Positions 43,283-52,245 are shown, numbered from the stretch's first letter. The stretch is 61,105 nt of DNA from Spirochaetia bacterium (GCA_052144915.1 JBKQPS010000178.1:1-61105), one strand, 5' to 3'. Numbers and translations: made by a program. Notes: a model not told the origin generated them from the letters alone.

Positions 43283-44650
43283 ATGAGCCTTGTCTCGATC
43301 AACCCCGCGACGGGAAGGAAGATCGCTTCGTACGAGCAGGCCTCCGCGGCGGAGATCACGCGAGTCCTGGATGCCGCCTCCCGCGCGTACGTGGACTGGA
43401 GCAGGAGAGGGATCACGGAACGCGCGTCTTTCTTCGTTCGCCTGGCGGAAGGGCTGCGCCGCACTTCGGAGGAAGCGGCGCTCCTCATGGCCGACGAAAT
43501 GGGGAAGCCGGTCGTCCAGGGAAGGGCCGAGGTCGAGAAATGCGCCGGGGCCTGCGAGTACTTCGCCGAGAACGCGGAGAGATTTCTCTCTCCGATCGAC
43601 GTCCCGACGGACGCCCGGAAGAGCTACGTCACATTCCGTCCCCTGGGGGTCATCCTCGCCGTCATGCCGTGGAATTTCCCCTGGTGGCAGGTCTTTCGCG
43701 CCGCGATCCCGGCTGTTCTCGCGGGAAACGCGATGGTTCTCAAGCACTCCTCGAATATCTGCGGCTGCGCGCTGGCCGTCCACCGGATCTTCGAAACGGC
43801 CGGATTTCCCCCCGGGGTATTCACGACCGTGCTGATGGACTCCGCGCGGATCGAATCGCTCATCGCCGACCCGCGGATTCAGGCTGTCACACTGACGGGC
43901 AGCACGGCGGCCGGCACCGCAGTGGCTCGCGCGGCAGGCGGCGCCCTGAAGAAGTGCGTTCTCGAGCTTGGCGGCAGCGATCCCTGCGTCATCCTGGAGG
44001 ACGCGGATCTCGAGCTTGCCGCCCGGACTTGCGCGGCGAGCAGGGTGATAAACTCCGGGCAGAGCTGCATCGCGGCCAAGAGGTTCGTCGTCGTCGAAAA
44101 GGTGCGGACGAAGTTCGAGGATCTGTTCGTCCATGCAATGAGCTCCCAGCATGTGGGGCAGCCGCGGGAGGACTCCACGAATGTCGGGCCCCTCGCGAGG
44201 GCCGACCTGCGTGAGTTGGTCGACCGACAGGTGAAAGGAAGCATCGCCGGCGGCGCCCGGTGCCTTCTCGGCGGGAGCCTCCCGGAGACCGACGGATTTT
44301 TCTATCCGCCGACCGTTCTCACCGACGTGAAGAAGGGCATCCCCGCTTTCGACGAGGAGGTCTTCGGTCCGGTCGCCGCCGTCGTGCCCGTGCGGGACGA
44401 GATCCAGGCCCTCGCAGCGGCGAACGACACCCCGTTTGGTCTCGGCGCAACAGTCTTCACGCGCGACCTGGCGAAAGGTGAGCACATCGCGGCAGAAGAG
44501 CTGGAGGCGGGCAGCTGCTTCGTCAACGCGCTGGTGCGCTCGGATCAGAGGCTTCCCTTCGGAGGCATCAAGGGAAGCGGCTATGGCCGGGAGCTTTCCA
44601 TATTCGGGATGCGCGAGTTCGTGAACGTCCGAACGGTCTATATCGGATAG
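43283..44650 (+). CDS. NAD(P)-dependent succinate-semialdehyde dehydrogenase-like aldehyde dehydrogenase (YneI/Sad-like)
   Basis: RBS AGGAGG. SINPATG, MPWNFPWWQV, LELGGSDP and GQSCIAAKRF. Confidence 0.85.
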   Translation: MSLVSINPATGRKIASYEQASAAEITRVLDAASRAYVDWSRRGITERASFFVRLAEGLRRTSEEAALLMADEMGKPVVQGRAEVEKCAGACEYFAENAERFLSPIDVPTDARKSYVTFRPLGVILAVMPWNFPWWQVFRAAIPAVLAGNAMVLKHSSNICGCALAVHRIFETAGFPPGVFTTVLMDSARIESLIADPRIQAVTLTGSTAAGTAVARAAGGALKKCVLELGGSDPCVILEDADLELAARTCAASRVINSGQSCIAAKRFVVVEKVRTKFEDLFVHAMSSQHVGQPREDSTNVGPLARADLRELVDRQVKGSIAGGARCLLGGSLPETDGFFYPPTVLTDVKKGIPAFDEEVFGPVAAVVPVRDEIQALAAANDTPFGLGATVFTRDLAKGEHIAAEELEAGSCFVNALVRSDQRLPFGGIKGSGYGRELSIFGMREFVNVRTVYIG

Positions 44651-44669
44651 CGGGAGTGCCGCGCGGACC

Positions 44670-46016
44670 TCACACGTCCGTGATTCTCTCCGACGAATAA
44701 GAGCGTGCGCGGAACACGAGCAGCACGACCATCGCAAGGAGGGGCGCCAGGACGAGGGCAATGAGCAGTCCGGCTCCAGGGAGTGGCCCGACGATGCGGA
44801 TCTGTCTCTCGCTGCCCTGCAGGGCGGCGCCCGTGCTGTCCCGGGCGCTGAGGCGGATGGCGCGCGCCGTTCTGTCGACGGGGATCCGGAATGCCACCAG
44901 GTTCGGCGCCGTGCCCTTTGACACCGCGGCGTCAAAGGGCACGATGGTGTAGCCCAGGCTGTTGCCTTCGGACTGCCGCACGGTGAACGGGCTCTCGCCC
45001 AGGACCGCCGGCGGCGCGTTATACCCGGCCAGCTCGATCTGTGCATGCGGCACCTGCTGGATGCGGACCCATCTCTCGATGTTCTGGTTGCCGCGCGCGG
45101 CATTGTTGACCGTTTTTTCGTAGTCCAGGTCGTTGAACTCGTCTTCGAAGAACGGCCGCAGATAGAGGTCCGCGACTCCGTTCACGTACAGGATCGACGA
45201 CGGGGTCACCGATTCCTCCGGCCGAGTCCACTTGTCGCTCGGGATCACCTCGTAGCCGATGCCGCCTGTCCTCCGCGCCTCATGGACGACCACGGTCTTC
45301 TCGGACCCCTCCATGACTCTCCCCTGGGGATCACGAAGACGGATGGAATAGCGGCCCGGGGGAACATTGAGGATGAACGCCTGCTCCATCTCGGCGGGCG
45401 GCACCTCGTAGTAGCTCGGGGGCGTGGGGGCAGTCGGCTCGGGCAGCGTGGTCATGCGCTGCAGGAGCGGCGCGTAGTCGCGATGCGCGTCCTTCAGCTT
45501 CTGTATGCGGGCCCCGAGCGATTGCATCTCCACGTTGTACGCCGTCGTTCTCTGCTGGTAGTCCCGAACGGCCTTGAAGTACGAATCGTAGAGGTCGGCG
45601 TACTTCGCGAGCTCCCGCCGCGCCGAATCGCCAGTGACGACCTTCCAGTTCAGCTCGTATTCCCCTCGAATGTTGAAGTACGTGTACGGCGTTGCCTGCA
45701 GCGTGCGGACCAGGCCTCTCCCGTCACTCAGCTCGAGGGTGCCGGGAAACTGGATGTTGAGGGAATCCGTGTCGGTCTTCCACGATGCCGTGAGAGGCCA
45801 CCAGTAGACAAGGGTCTTGCGAAGGCTGAGGAAGTTGTCGACCCCGCCGAGGAGAAAGAGGGTGTCCGAGCTTTCCGGCGCGAAGGAGGGCGAATAGTCC
45901 CTGCCGTTGAATGCGAGGCAGGTCCACACGAGGGATTCTGTGCGCACCGGCACCTCGGCGCCGCAGTGGGCCAGCGGCAGAAGAAGGGCGAGTGCGGGAA
46001 GGAGGAGCTTCCTCAT
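44670..46016 (-). CDS. Exported protein of unknown function with C-terminal membrane anchor (last gene of the ABC-2 operon)
   Basis: ATGA overlap with the permease stop. Signal peptide LLLPALALLLPLAHC. A coiled-coil-like middle (YDSYFKAVRDYQQRTTAYNVEMQSLGARIQKLKD). A beta-sandwich-like PGRYSIRLRDPQGRVMEG. C-terminal TM LLIALVLAPLLAMVVLLVF. Confidence 0.7.
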   Translation of the reverse strand: MRKLLLPALALLLPLAHCGAEVPVRTESLVWTCLAFNGRDYSPSFAPESSDTLFLLGGVDNFLSLRKTLVYWWPLTASWKTDTDSLNIQFPGTLELSDGRGLVRTLQATPYTYFNIRGEYELNWKVVTGDSARRELAKYADLYDSYFKAVRDYQQRTTAYNVEMQSLGARIQKLKDAHRDYAPLLQRMTTLPEPTAPTPPSYYEVPPAEMEQAFILNVPPGRYSIRLRDPQGRVMEGSEKTVVVHEARRTGGIGYEVIPSDKWTRPEESVTPSSILYVNGVADLYLRPFFEDEFNDLDYEKTVNNAARGNQNIERWVRIQQVPHAQIELAGYNAPPAVLGESPFTVRQSEGNSLGYTIVPFDAAVSKGTAPNLVAFRIPVDRTARAIRLSARDSTGAALQGSERQIRIVGPLPGAGLLIALVLAPLLAMVVLLVFRARSYSSERITDV

Positions 46017-46882
46017 GCGCGCACCCCACGGCGGCTGATCGCGACGTGGCTCGCGGCGAGGAGAATCCCCGTCAGGACCAGAAGCAGGGCCGCCGCGCCC
46101 ACGGCCCCGCCGACGCTGCCTACCTGGGCCGCGCGGACGGACAGCGACGCGTAGTACAGCGGGGAGACCCACTGCACGATCGCGGCCGCGACGGAGGCGG
46201 CGGTTCGCACCGATACGCGGGAAATGCTGAGGGATCCGCCGAACACGAGGACGAAGAACGCGAGAATTCCCAGGAATGCCGCGAGAGCCGCCGAGGCGTT
46301 GGTGGAGAGCACGGAGCAGAGGATGCCGTATGCCATTATCGGCAGGGAGAGAAACAGCAACAGCGGCAGGAAGAGAAGAAACAGCGGCCCGAGCACGAGA
46401 TTTCCCAGTGCCGCCGCCACCCCGAGAAATGCGGCGATCGCCGCGAGGGCGCCCGCCGTGAAGAGCGACTGCGTGAGGAAAGAAGCAATGAAGTATGACG
46501 TCCCGTCCGCGGGGCCGTAGGTGAGCAGTTCCACGGCCCCCGCGCCCTTCTCCTGCCCGAAGCGGAACACGGCGCTGATCGCCAGGAAGAGGAACACCGG
46601 CAGGAACGCGGCGAGCAGGGCCAGCGTGAAGGGGCCTTCCGCAAACAGCTTCGCGGCGAATGCCGCGCCGAAAGTACCGACCAGAAGGCGATCGAGCAGG
46701 TCGTACAGAGGGTTGAGCGACGGATTGAAACCCGCGGAATCGATGGAAGCGGCGAACCCGCTCACCAGGAAGAATCCGAGCAGCAGCCCCAGGGCGAGGG
46801 TGACGTACAGGCCGGGGGCGAGCAGCGTCTCGAAGGCCTGGCGGCGGGCGATCACCAGGGCCGCGTGCAGCCGGCGTCTCAT
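46013..46882 (-). CDS. ABC-2-type transporter permease
   Basis: ATG 46882 overlaps the ATPase stop (ATGA). About 6-7 hydrophobic segments. 289 aa. Confidence 0.75.
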   Translation of the reverse strand: MRRRLHAALVIARRQAFETLLAPGLYVTLALGLLLGFFLVSGFAASIDSAGFNPSLNPLYDLLDRLLVGTFGAAFAAKLFAEGPFTLALLAAFLPVFLFLAISAVFRFGQEKGAGAVELLTYGPADGTSYFIASFLTQSLFTAGALAAIAAFLGVAAALGNLVLGPLFLLFLPLLLFLSLPIMAYGILCSVLSTNASAALAAFLGILAFFVLVFGGSLSISRVSVRTAASVAAAIVQWVSPLYYASLSVRAAQVGSVGGAVGAAALLLVLTGILLAASHVAISRRGVRA

Positions 46883-47853
46883 CCCGCGTTCCCCCGGGCA
46901 AGCTGCGAAATGTTTTCCTGGGTGATCGTGATGAACGCCTCTTCGAGGGAGGGAACCTTCTCCTCGATGCGGAGCGGCAGGAGATCGTGGGTGATGAGCC
47001 ACTCGGAGAGCGCCCGACGGAAATCCCCTTCCCGGGGAATCTTCACCACGAGCGTGGTTTCACGGGTCGATGCGTCCCGGACGAAGGGCAGCTCGCGCAG
47101 CCGGGCCGGCACCTCTGCGGGCACGCGTTCCAGCTCGACGCGGATCTCGCGTTCCGGCGCAACGCGCGAGAGGAGGTTGGGCATCGTGTCTTCCGCCATG
47201 AGCCTTCCCCGTGAAATGATCGCCACGCGGTGGCAGATTCTCTCCATCTCGGAAAGCTGGTGGCTGGAAATGAAGATCGTGCGCCCGTCCCTGTTTTCCG
47301 TGACGATGAGGTCACGGACCTGCTTGATTCCAATGGGATCCAGCCCCGAGATGGGCTCGTCCAGGAAGAGGATGTCCGGATCCGGCAGCAGGGCGCGGAT
47401 GATGCTCAGCTTCTGGAGCATGCCGCGGGAAAACTCGCGGATCCGCTTGGCGCGGAACCGTCCCAGCTCCACCTTCCCCAGCAGGGCGTCGATCCTTTCC
47501 GAGGGTCGCGGCACCTCGAAGAGATCGGCGAAGAGCGAGAGGTATTCGCGGGCGGTCATCCAGGGCCAGACACCGCGCGGGTGCTTCTCCGGCACCACGC
47601 CGATCCTCCGCCGCAGGTCGAGCCTGCGGGGCGAGTATTTCTCACCGAAGAGCAGGATCTCTCCCGCCGTGGGCGGGGAGATGCCCAGGAGCATCATGAT
47701 GGTGGAAGTCTTTCCCGCCCCATTCGGGCCGAGGAAGCCGTAGATCTCTCCCCGGGGAATGTTCAGGTCGATGCCGTCGACCGCCGTGAATGTTCCGTAT
47801 CTCTTGACGAGGCCGATGGTCCGGATCACTGGGGCTCCGCTTTCACGTTCCAC
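46879..47853 (-). CDS. ABC transporter ATP-binding protein (ABC-2 / DrrA-NatA type)
   Basis: Walker A GPNGAGKTS, signature FSRGMLQKL, Walker B ILFLDEPISGLD, H-loop SSHQL. Alternative start GTG 47829 would form a GTGA overlap with the upstream stop. Confidence 0.92.
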   Translation of the reverse strand: MERESGAPVIRTIGLVKRYGTFTAVDGIDLNIPRGEIYGFLGPNGAGKTSTIMMLLGISPPTAGEILLFGEKYSPRRLDLRRRIGVVPEKHPRGVWPWMTAREYLSLFADLFEVPRPSERIDALLGKVELGRFRAKRIREFSRGMLQKLSIIRALLPDPDILFLDEPISGLDPIGIKQVRDLIVTENRDGRTIFISSHQLSEMERICHRVAIISRGRLMAEDTMPNLLSRVAPEREIRVELERVPAEVPARLRELPFVRDASTRETTLVVKIPREGDFRRALSEWLITHDLLPLRIEEKVPSLEEAFITITQENISQLARGNAG

Positions 47854-48683
47854 GACGTATCGATGAAGTACCGCAGGCGGTCGCCTTCTCCATCAAGGGC
47901 CGCGCCGATCCGGGCGGGGTCACGCAGCGAATAGACCTGCGCCATGAGATCGCCGAGCTGCTTCCGTGTGATTTTCAACGGATCCGGCTCGACGACCAGG
48001 TAGTCGATCACCCGGTACGGTGAAGGGTCGGTCTGCAGAGCTGCGCCCGGGATCCTCGCGTTGTAGCGGAACTGCTTCTCCGGTGCCGGATCCCACTTCC
48101 AGGGAACCTCTCCCCGGAACAGCTCTTTTCCCCGCGACGAGCCCGACGGAGTTTCCTCTCGCACGGGCACGCCGTCCTTCACCTGGACGCTCACGCGGCA
48201 GCCGATCCACAGGTCCATGCAGGGGTGGTTGACCAGGGCGGTGCCCTTCGTGCCGACGGGGCGCAGCTCCGCCACAAGGTCACCCGCGTCCCACGACTCG
48301 AATACGAAAAACTTCGCGAGGTCGGGAATGCCGAGGCCGACCATCGTGATCGGCTCGTTGATCCGGTTCGCCCCCCGCCGCAGAGTGAGGGGGAGCCGCA
48401 CTTCCTGGTAACCGGGGGCGGCGACTTCAAGCGTCGTCTGCCCGGGCGCGAGTTGCGTGAACTCGTACGGCCGCAGGCCCGCGTCGGACTGGAAGAAGCC
48501 GACGATGATCCGATTCTGCAGCACCAGGGACACGTCCCATACCCATCTGCCGCTCACGGAATCCCGGACTTCCACCTGGAGAGTCGTGTCCCTTCGCAGC
48601 CACGACACCGCGAAGAGCGCGGCCGCCGCGAGCACGACGAAAGCGGCAGACGCAAGGATTCGGGTGCGGGAATTGATCTTCAT
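47826..48683 (-). CDS. N-terminally anchored envelope protein of unknown function with carboxypeptidase-regulatory-like beta-sandwich
   Basis: Signal anchor ILASAAFVVLAAAALFAV, then TLQVEVRDSVSGRWVWDVSLVL..GQTTLEVAAPGYQEVRLPL. First gene of the four-gene operon. Confidence 0.7.
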   Translation of the reverse strand: MKINSRTRILASAAFVVLAAAALFAVSWLRRDTTLQVEVRDSVSGRWVWDVSLVLQNRIIVGFFQSDAGLRPYEFTQLAPGQTTLEVAAPGYQEVRLPLTLRRGANRINEPITMVGLGIPDLAKFFVFESWDAGDLVAELRPVGTKGTALVNHPCMDLWIGCRVSVQVKDGVPVREETPSGSSRGKELFRGEVPWKWDPAPEKQFRYNARIPGAALQTDPSPYRVIDYLVVEPDPLKITRKQLGDLMAQVYSLRDPARIGAALDGEGDRLRYFIDTSWNVKAEPQ

Positions 48684-48695
48684 CGAGCTCGGCGA

Positions 48696-48723
48696 AGTAT
48701 ATTGATTTGCCTCTGCGTGTCAA
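48696..48723 (-). promoter_or_regulatory. Sigma70-like promoter TTGACA-16-TATACT (minus strand) for the ABC-2 operon
   Basis: Reverse complement of 48718-48723 is TTGACA and of 48696-48701 is TATACT. Only 12 nt separate the -10 from ATG 48683, so the leader is very short. Confidence 0.5.
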
Positions 48724-48927
48724 CACGATCCACGCCGAGGCCTTGCGCAGGTCTGAATGAGCGTGCGGGCGACCAAAGCCGTGACCGTTTGCACGATTAT
48801 GATACTTAGGCATGTATTTAATATAAGTGCGTAACATCATCGTGATAGTTAAATAAGTTAGAATATTAACATGCAATTCAAGGGGACTTATTTGGAGATG
48901 TTATTGACAATTACTATTATAATAAGC

Positions 48928-48956
48928 TTGACAACCGGAGGGTTTGGCCCAATGAT
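48928..48956 (+). promoter_or_regulatory. Candidate promoter TTGACA-17-AATGAT for the sugar ABC operon, inside an AT-rich island
   Basis: -35 at 48928-48933 and -10 at 48951-48956. A second TTGACA at 48904-48909 has no properly spaced -10. A leader of about 160 nt follows. Confidence 0.35.
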
Positions 48957-49123
48957 CAATTCAGCAATTCACGCCTCGGCACCGCCGAACGAGGGCGGTG
49001 CTGTGGAACTTCGAGACAAAGCCCTGTATTCTTCAGGAAGGGCTCTGGCAGAGAAACAACCCCGGTGGGGTTGTCAGAAGGGAAGCGGCCGGTGGATCCG
49101 GACGCGAACAGAGGGGAGGTTCT

Positions 49124-50422
49124 ATGGTCAGACGAATTCTTCTTTTGGGGCTCGGGCTCCTTGTCGTGGCGTCGTTTGGCTGGGCAAACGGCCAGAAGGA
49201 AGGTGAGAAGATAACGATCACACACTACCACTGGACGGAAACGACTTTTGACAAGATCAACAACCACGCCGTCGAGCTCTTCCAGGCGAAGCACCCGAAC
49301 GTGACGGTGAAGCTCCTGCTCCTTCCTGATGCTGACAGGGTCAAGACGATTCGAACCGCCCTTGCAGCCAACGGGGACATCGACTCGTTCGCCCTCAGCA
49401 ACGGTGACGCGGCCGAATTCCTTTCCTCCGGGCAGGCGGTGCAGATCGATCCGAAAGGATTCGGCAAGAGCACGATCCAGGACGTCGTTGCCATGTGGAA
49501 CCCGGGGGCAATAGAGTCCGCGGGAGGCGTCTGGGAAGGAAAGTACTACGGCATCCCCGTCGAGCTCTCGGACTACGTGGCATGGGTGAACGTCGCCGAC
49601 ATGACAGAGGCCGGACTGGATCCCGCGAACAAGCCCGCGACGTGGGATGACTTCCACGCCATGACCAAGAAGCTGGTCAAGGAAGACGGCGGAGTCCGCA
49701 CGCGCAACGGCTTCGAGTGCAACGGCAAGGCCGGGCTCTTCAGCTTCCTCGTGGTGTCTGACATGATGCAGCAGCTCGGCCTGGACTGGGGAACGGACAA
49801 GGGATTCCTTGCCAGCATGGACAAGACTGACCTGCTCGTGAAGGGCCTGAAGAATTACACCGATTTCGTGACCGAGAAGAGCTGGGATCCCGGCTTCAGC
49901 GGCGAGGACCGGCAAGGGTTCGCGAACAACAAGACGGCAACGATGCTGACCGGAGGCACCTGGTTCTGGGGCGTCATCGACACCGGCTCCGTGCCCCGCA
50001 AGGATGCGAACCCGTTCCCGTATCCGCGCTTCGCCGATGGCAAGGACCTGGGCGGCATGGGGTACGGCAACAGCATCTACGTGTCCCGCCTCGCCAAGCA
50101 CCCGGTCCTGACGTTCGAATGGCTCGACACGATGGCGAGCCAGCCCAACGAGTTCATCAAGGCGGGCCTTTTCCAGCCCCGCAAGACCCTCTCCGACGGC
50201 TCGGTCGCACTCGATCCGTCGATGGGCCAGCAGTCCATTCCCTTCTTCAACGAGGTCTTCAAGGGAGAGCTCACCAAGACGGCCGTGTGGCTGTCGTCCG
50301 TCAAGACGGCGCAGATCCAGGACGCGGTCTGGGGCGCCGTGTCGCGCGTGATCTATCAGAACGTTTCGGTCGAGGATTCCGTCGCGCAGATGCAGACGGA
50401 TAGCCGCTCGATTCTCATGTAG
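49124..50422 (+). CDS. Carbohydrate ABC transporter substrate-binding protein (family 1 SBP)
   Basis: ATG 49124 with GAGGGGAGG upstream. Signal peptide ILLLGLGLLVVASFGWANG. 432 aa, SBP_bac_1-like. Confidence 0.88.
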   Translation: MVRRILLLGLGLLVVASFGWANGQKEGEKITITHYHWTETTFDKINNHAVELFQAKHPNVTVKLLLLPDADRVKTIRTALAANGDIDSFALSNGDAAEFLSSGQAVQIDPKGFGKSTIQDVVAMWNPGAIESAGGVWEGKYYGIPVELSDYVAWVNVADMTEAGLDPANKPATWDDFHAMTKKLVKEDGGVRTRNGFECNGKAGLFSFLVVSDMMQQLGLDWGTDKGFLASMDKTDLLVKGLKNYTDFVTEKSWDPGFSGEDRQGFANNKTATMLTGGTWFWGVIDTGSVPRKDANPFPYPRFADGKDLGGMGYGNSIYVSRLAKHPVLTFEWLDTMASQPNEFIKAGLFQPRKTLSDGSVALDPSMGQQSIPFFNEVFKGELTKTAVWLSSVKTAQIQDAVWGAVSRVIYQNVSVEDSVAQMQTDSRSILM

Positions 50423-50437
50423 ATCCCTGGAAGTCGG

Positions 50438-50470
50438 GGGCGCTCTCCTGCGGAGGAGAGCGCCCTTCTT
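50438..50470 (+). terminator. Hairpin after the SBP gene (intra-operon attenuator)
   Basis: GGGCGCTCTCC (50438-50448) pairs with GGAGAGCGCCC (50455-50465) and is followed by TTCTT. Confidence 0.5.
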
Positions 50471-50482
50471 GAAGGCAGAGGA

Positions 50483-51370
50483 ATGCGCAAGGCCAGCTAT
50501 TCGGTTACCAAGCTCCAGCGCCACGGGTACGTGTTCATCCTGCCCACCCTGGTCTTTTTCCTCGCATTCCTCATCTACCCGATGCTGAGCGCCTTTCATC
50601 TTTCCCTCTTCGACTGGAATCTCCTGGGCCCCAAGACCTTCATCGGCCTGACGAACTTCGTCCGGATGGTCCAGGACCCCCGCGTGGTAAACTCGTTCCT
50701 CCGCACCCTCCACTTCAGCGTCGTGGGCGTCATCGCCATCAACGTGCTGGCGTTCATGTTCGCCATCATGTTCAGCAGCCGTCTCATCGGCCACAGGAAC
50801 TTTTTTCAATCCCTGATCTTTCTCCCCGTCGTGCTCTCCATCATCGCCTGCGGGGTCGTCTGGGAGTTCATGTACCAGAAGACCGGGCTGATCAGCATCC
50901 TCTTCCAGAAGCTCTTCGGCCTCTCGGTCCCCTGGCTGACCGACACGACGATCGCCCCGTACGCCGTGATCATCGTGTTCGTCTGGAAGTCGGTCGGGTA
51001 CTACATGGTGATCTACATCGCCGGTCTCATGAACGTCCCCTCCAGCTTTTACGAGGCGGCCCGGATCGACGGGGCCGGCTTCTGGGGACAGCTCGGGTAC
51101 ATCACCCTGCCGTCGCTGAGAAACACCTTCGCCCTGGCCGTCGTCTCCTGCGTCATTTTCACGTTCGGACAATTCGCCATCCAGTACGTGATCACCAGCG
51201 GCGGACCGAGCCGCTCCACCGAAATCCTGGCCCTCCTCATCTATCGGGAGGCCTTCGAGTTCAGCAAGTTCGGATATTCTGCCGCCGTGTCGGTGCTCTT
51301 CTTCCTGACGCTCCTGGTGTTCTCCATCTTCCAGCTGCGGCTGTTCAGATCAGGCGCGATCGGAGGGTAG
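50483..51370 (+). CDS. Carbohydrate ABC transporter permease (MalF/UgpA-like)
   Basis: Six TM segments and an EAA-loop region YEAARIDGAGFWGQLGYITLPSL. Confidence 0.9.
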   Translation: MRKASYSVTKLQRHGYVFILPTLVFFLAFLIYPMLSAFHLSLFDWNLLGPKTFIGLTNFVRMVQDPRVVNSFLRTLHFSVVGVIAINVLAFMFAIMFSSRLIGHRNFFQSLIFLPVVLSIIACGVVWEFMYQKTGLISILFQKLFGLSVPWLTDTTIAPYAVIIVFVWKSVGYYMVIYIAGLMNVPSSFYEAARIDGAGFWGQLGYITLPSLRNTFALAVVSCVIFTFGQFAIQYVITSGGPSRSTEILALLIYREAFEFSKFGYSAAVSVLFFLTLLVFSIFQLRLFRSGAIGG

Positions 51371-51374
51371 GAGG

Positions 51375-52220
51375 GTGACGTCGTACCGGGGAAAGGAAAC
51401 AGCGCTCCGCGCCGGCCTCTACGCGGCGGTCATCCTCCTGGGCTTCATTTTCGTGTTCCCGTTCTTCTGGATGGCCATCTCGTCGGTCAAGCTCAACAGG
51501 GACGTGCTTGCCATCCCCATCCGGTTCTTTCCGCCGGTCTGGAACTGGAAGAGCTACGTGAATGTCTTCACGGCATTCCCGGATTTCAATTTCCCCCGCT
51601 ACATTTTCAACAGCTTCGTCACGGCCATATTCGCGGTTCTTCTCTGTCTTTTCTTCTCCGCCACCTCTGGCTACGGCTTTGCGAAGTACAAGTTCCGGGG
51701 AAACAACGTCCTTTTTCTCATCGTGCTCTCCACCCTCATGATCTCATTCGAGGCGATCGTCGTCCCCCTCTTCATTTTCGTGCGCGGCCTCGGGATGCAG
51801 AACCGCTATCTCGGCCTGATCATCCCCGAGAGCCTCACCGCGTTCGGCGTGTTCATGATGCGCCAGTTCTTCTACTCCGTGCCGGACGATTTCATCGAGT
51901 CGGCCCGCATCGACGGGGCGAACGAGTACGTGATATTCGCCCGGATCTCCATCCCCATGGCGCAGACCGCGCTGCTCGCGCTGGTCATCTTCCACGCGCA
52001 GTGGGTGTGGAATCTCCTCATCTGGCCGCTCATCCTGATCTCCGATCCCGACATGCGCGTGCTCCCCGTGGGGATCGCGCTGTTCAAGGGGGGCTACAAC
52101 ACTCCCTACCCCGAGCAGCTTGCCGTCAGCGTCATCGCCTGCCTGCCGCTCCTCGTGCTCTACCTCTTTCTCTCACGGTATTTCGTGCAGGGCATCACCA
52201 TGACGGGCTTGAAGGGTTGA
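51375..52220 (+). CDS. Carbohydrate ABC transporter permease (MalG/UgpE-like)
   Basis: GTG start. EAA-loop ESARIDGANEYVIFARISIPM. Confidence 0.9.
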   Translation: MTSYRGKETALRAGLYAAVILLGFIFVFPFFWMAISSVKLNRDVLAIPIRFFPPVWNWKSYVNVFTAFPDFNFPRYIFNSFVTAIFAVLLCLFFSATSGYGFAKYKFRGNNVLFLIVLSTLMISFEAIVVPLFIFVRGLGMQNRYLGLIIPESLTAFGVFMMRQFFYSVPDDFIESARIDGANEYVIFARISIPMAQTALLALVIFHAQWVWNLLIWPLILISDPDMRVLPVGIALFKGGYNTPYPEQLAVSVIACLPLLVLYLFLSRYFVQGITMTGLKG

Positions 52221-52245
52221 GCCGGCGCACCGTATCGAGAGCCTT

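Noticed and set aside
48960-49123. SRP (4.5S) RNA-like strings GGTGCTGT and GTCAGAAGGGAAGCGGCC.
   Set aside because: There is no GGAA tetraloop closed by the conserved helix-8 pairs. The segment lies in sense orientation directly upstream of a gene. It is better explained as a structured 5' leader.
48871-49206. 111-aa ORF starting in the AT-rich island.
   Set aside because: It runs through promoter-like sequence and overlaps the well-supported SBP start out of frame. Its composition switches abruptly from AT-rich to Arg/Gly-rich. It has no RBS.
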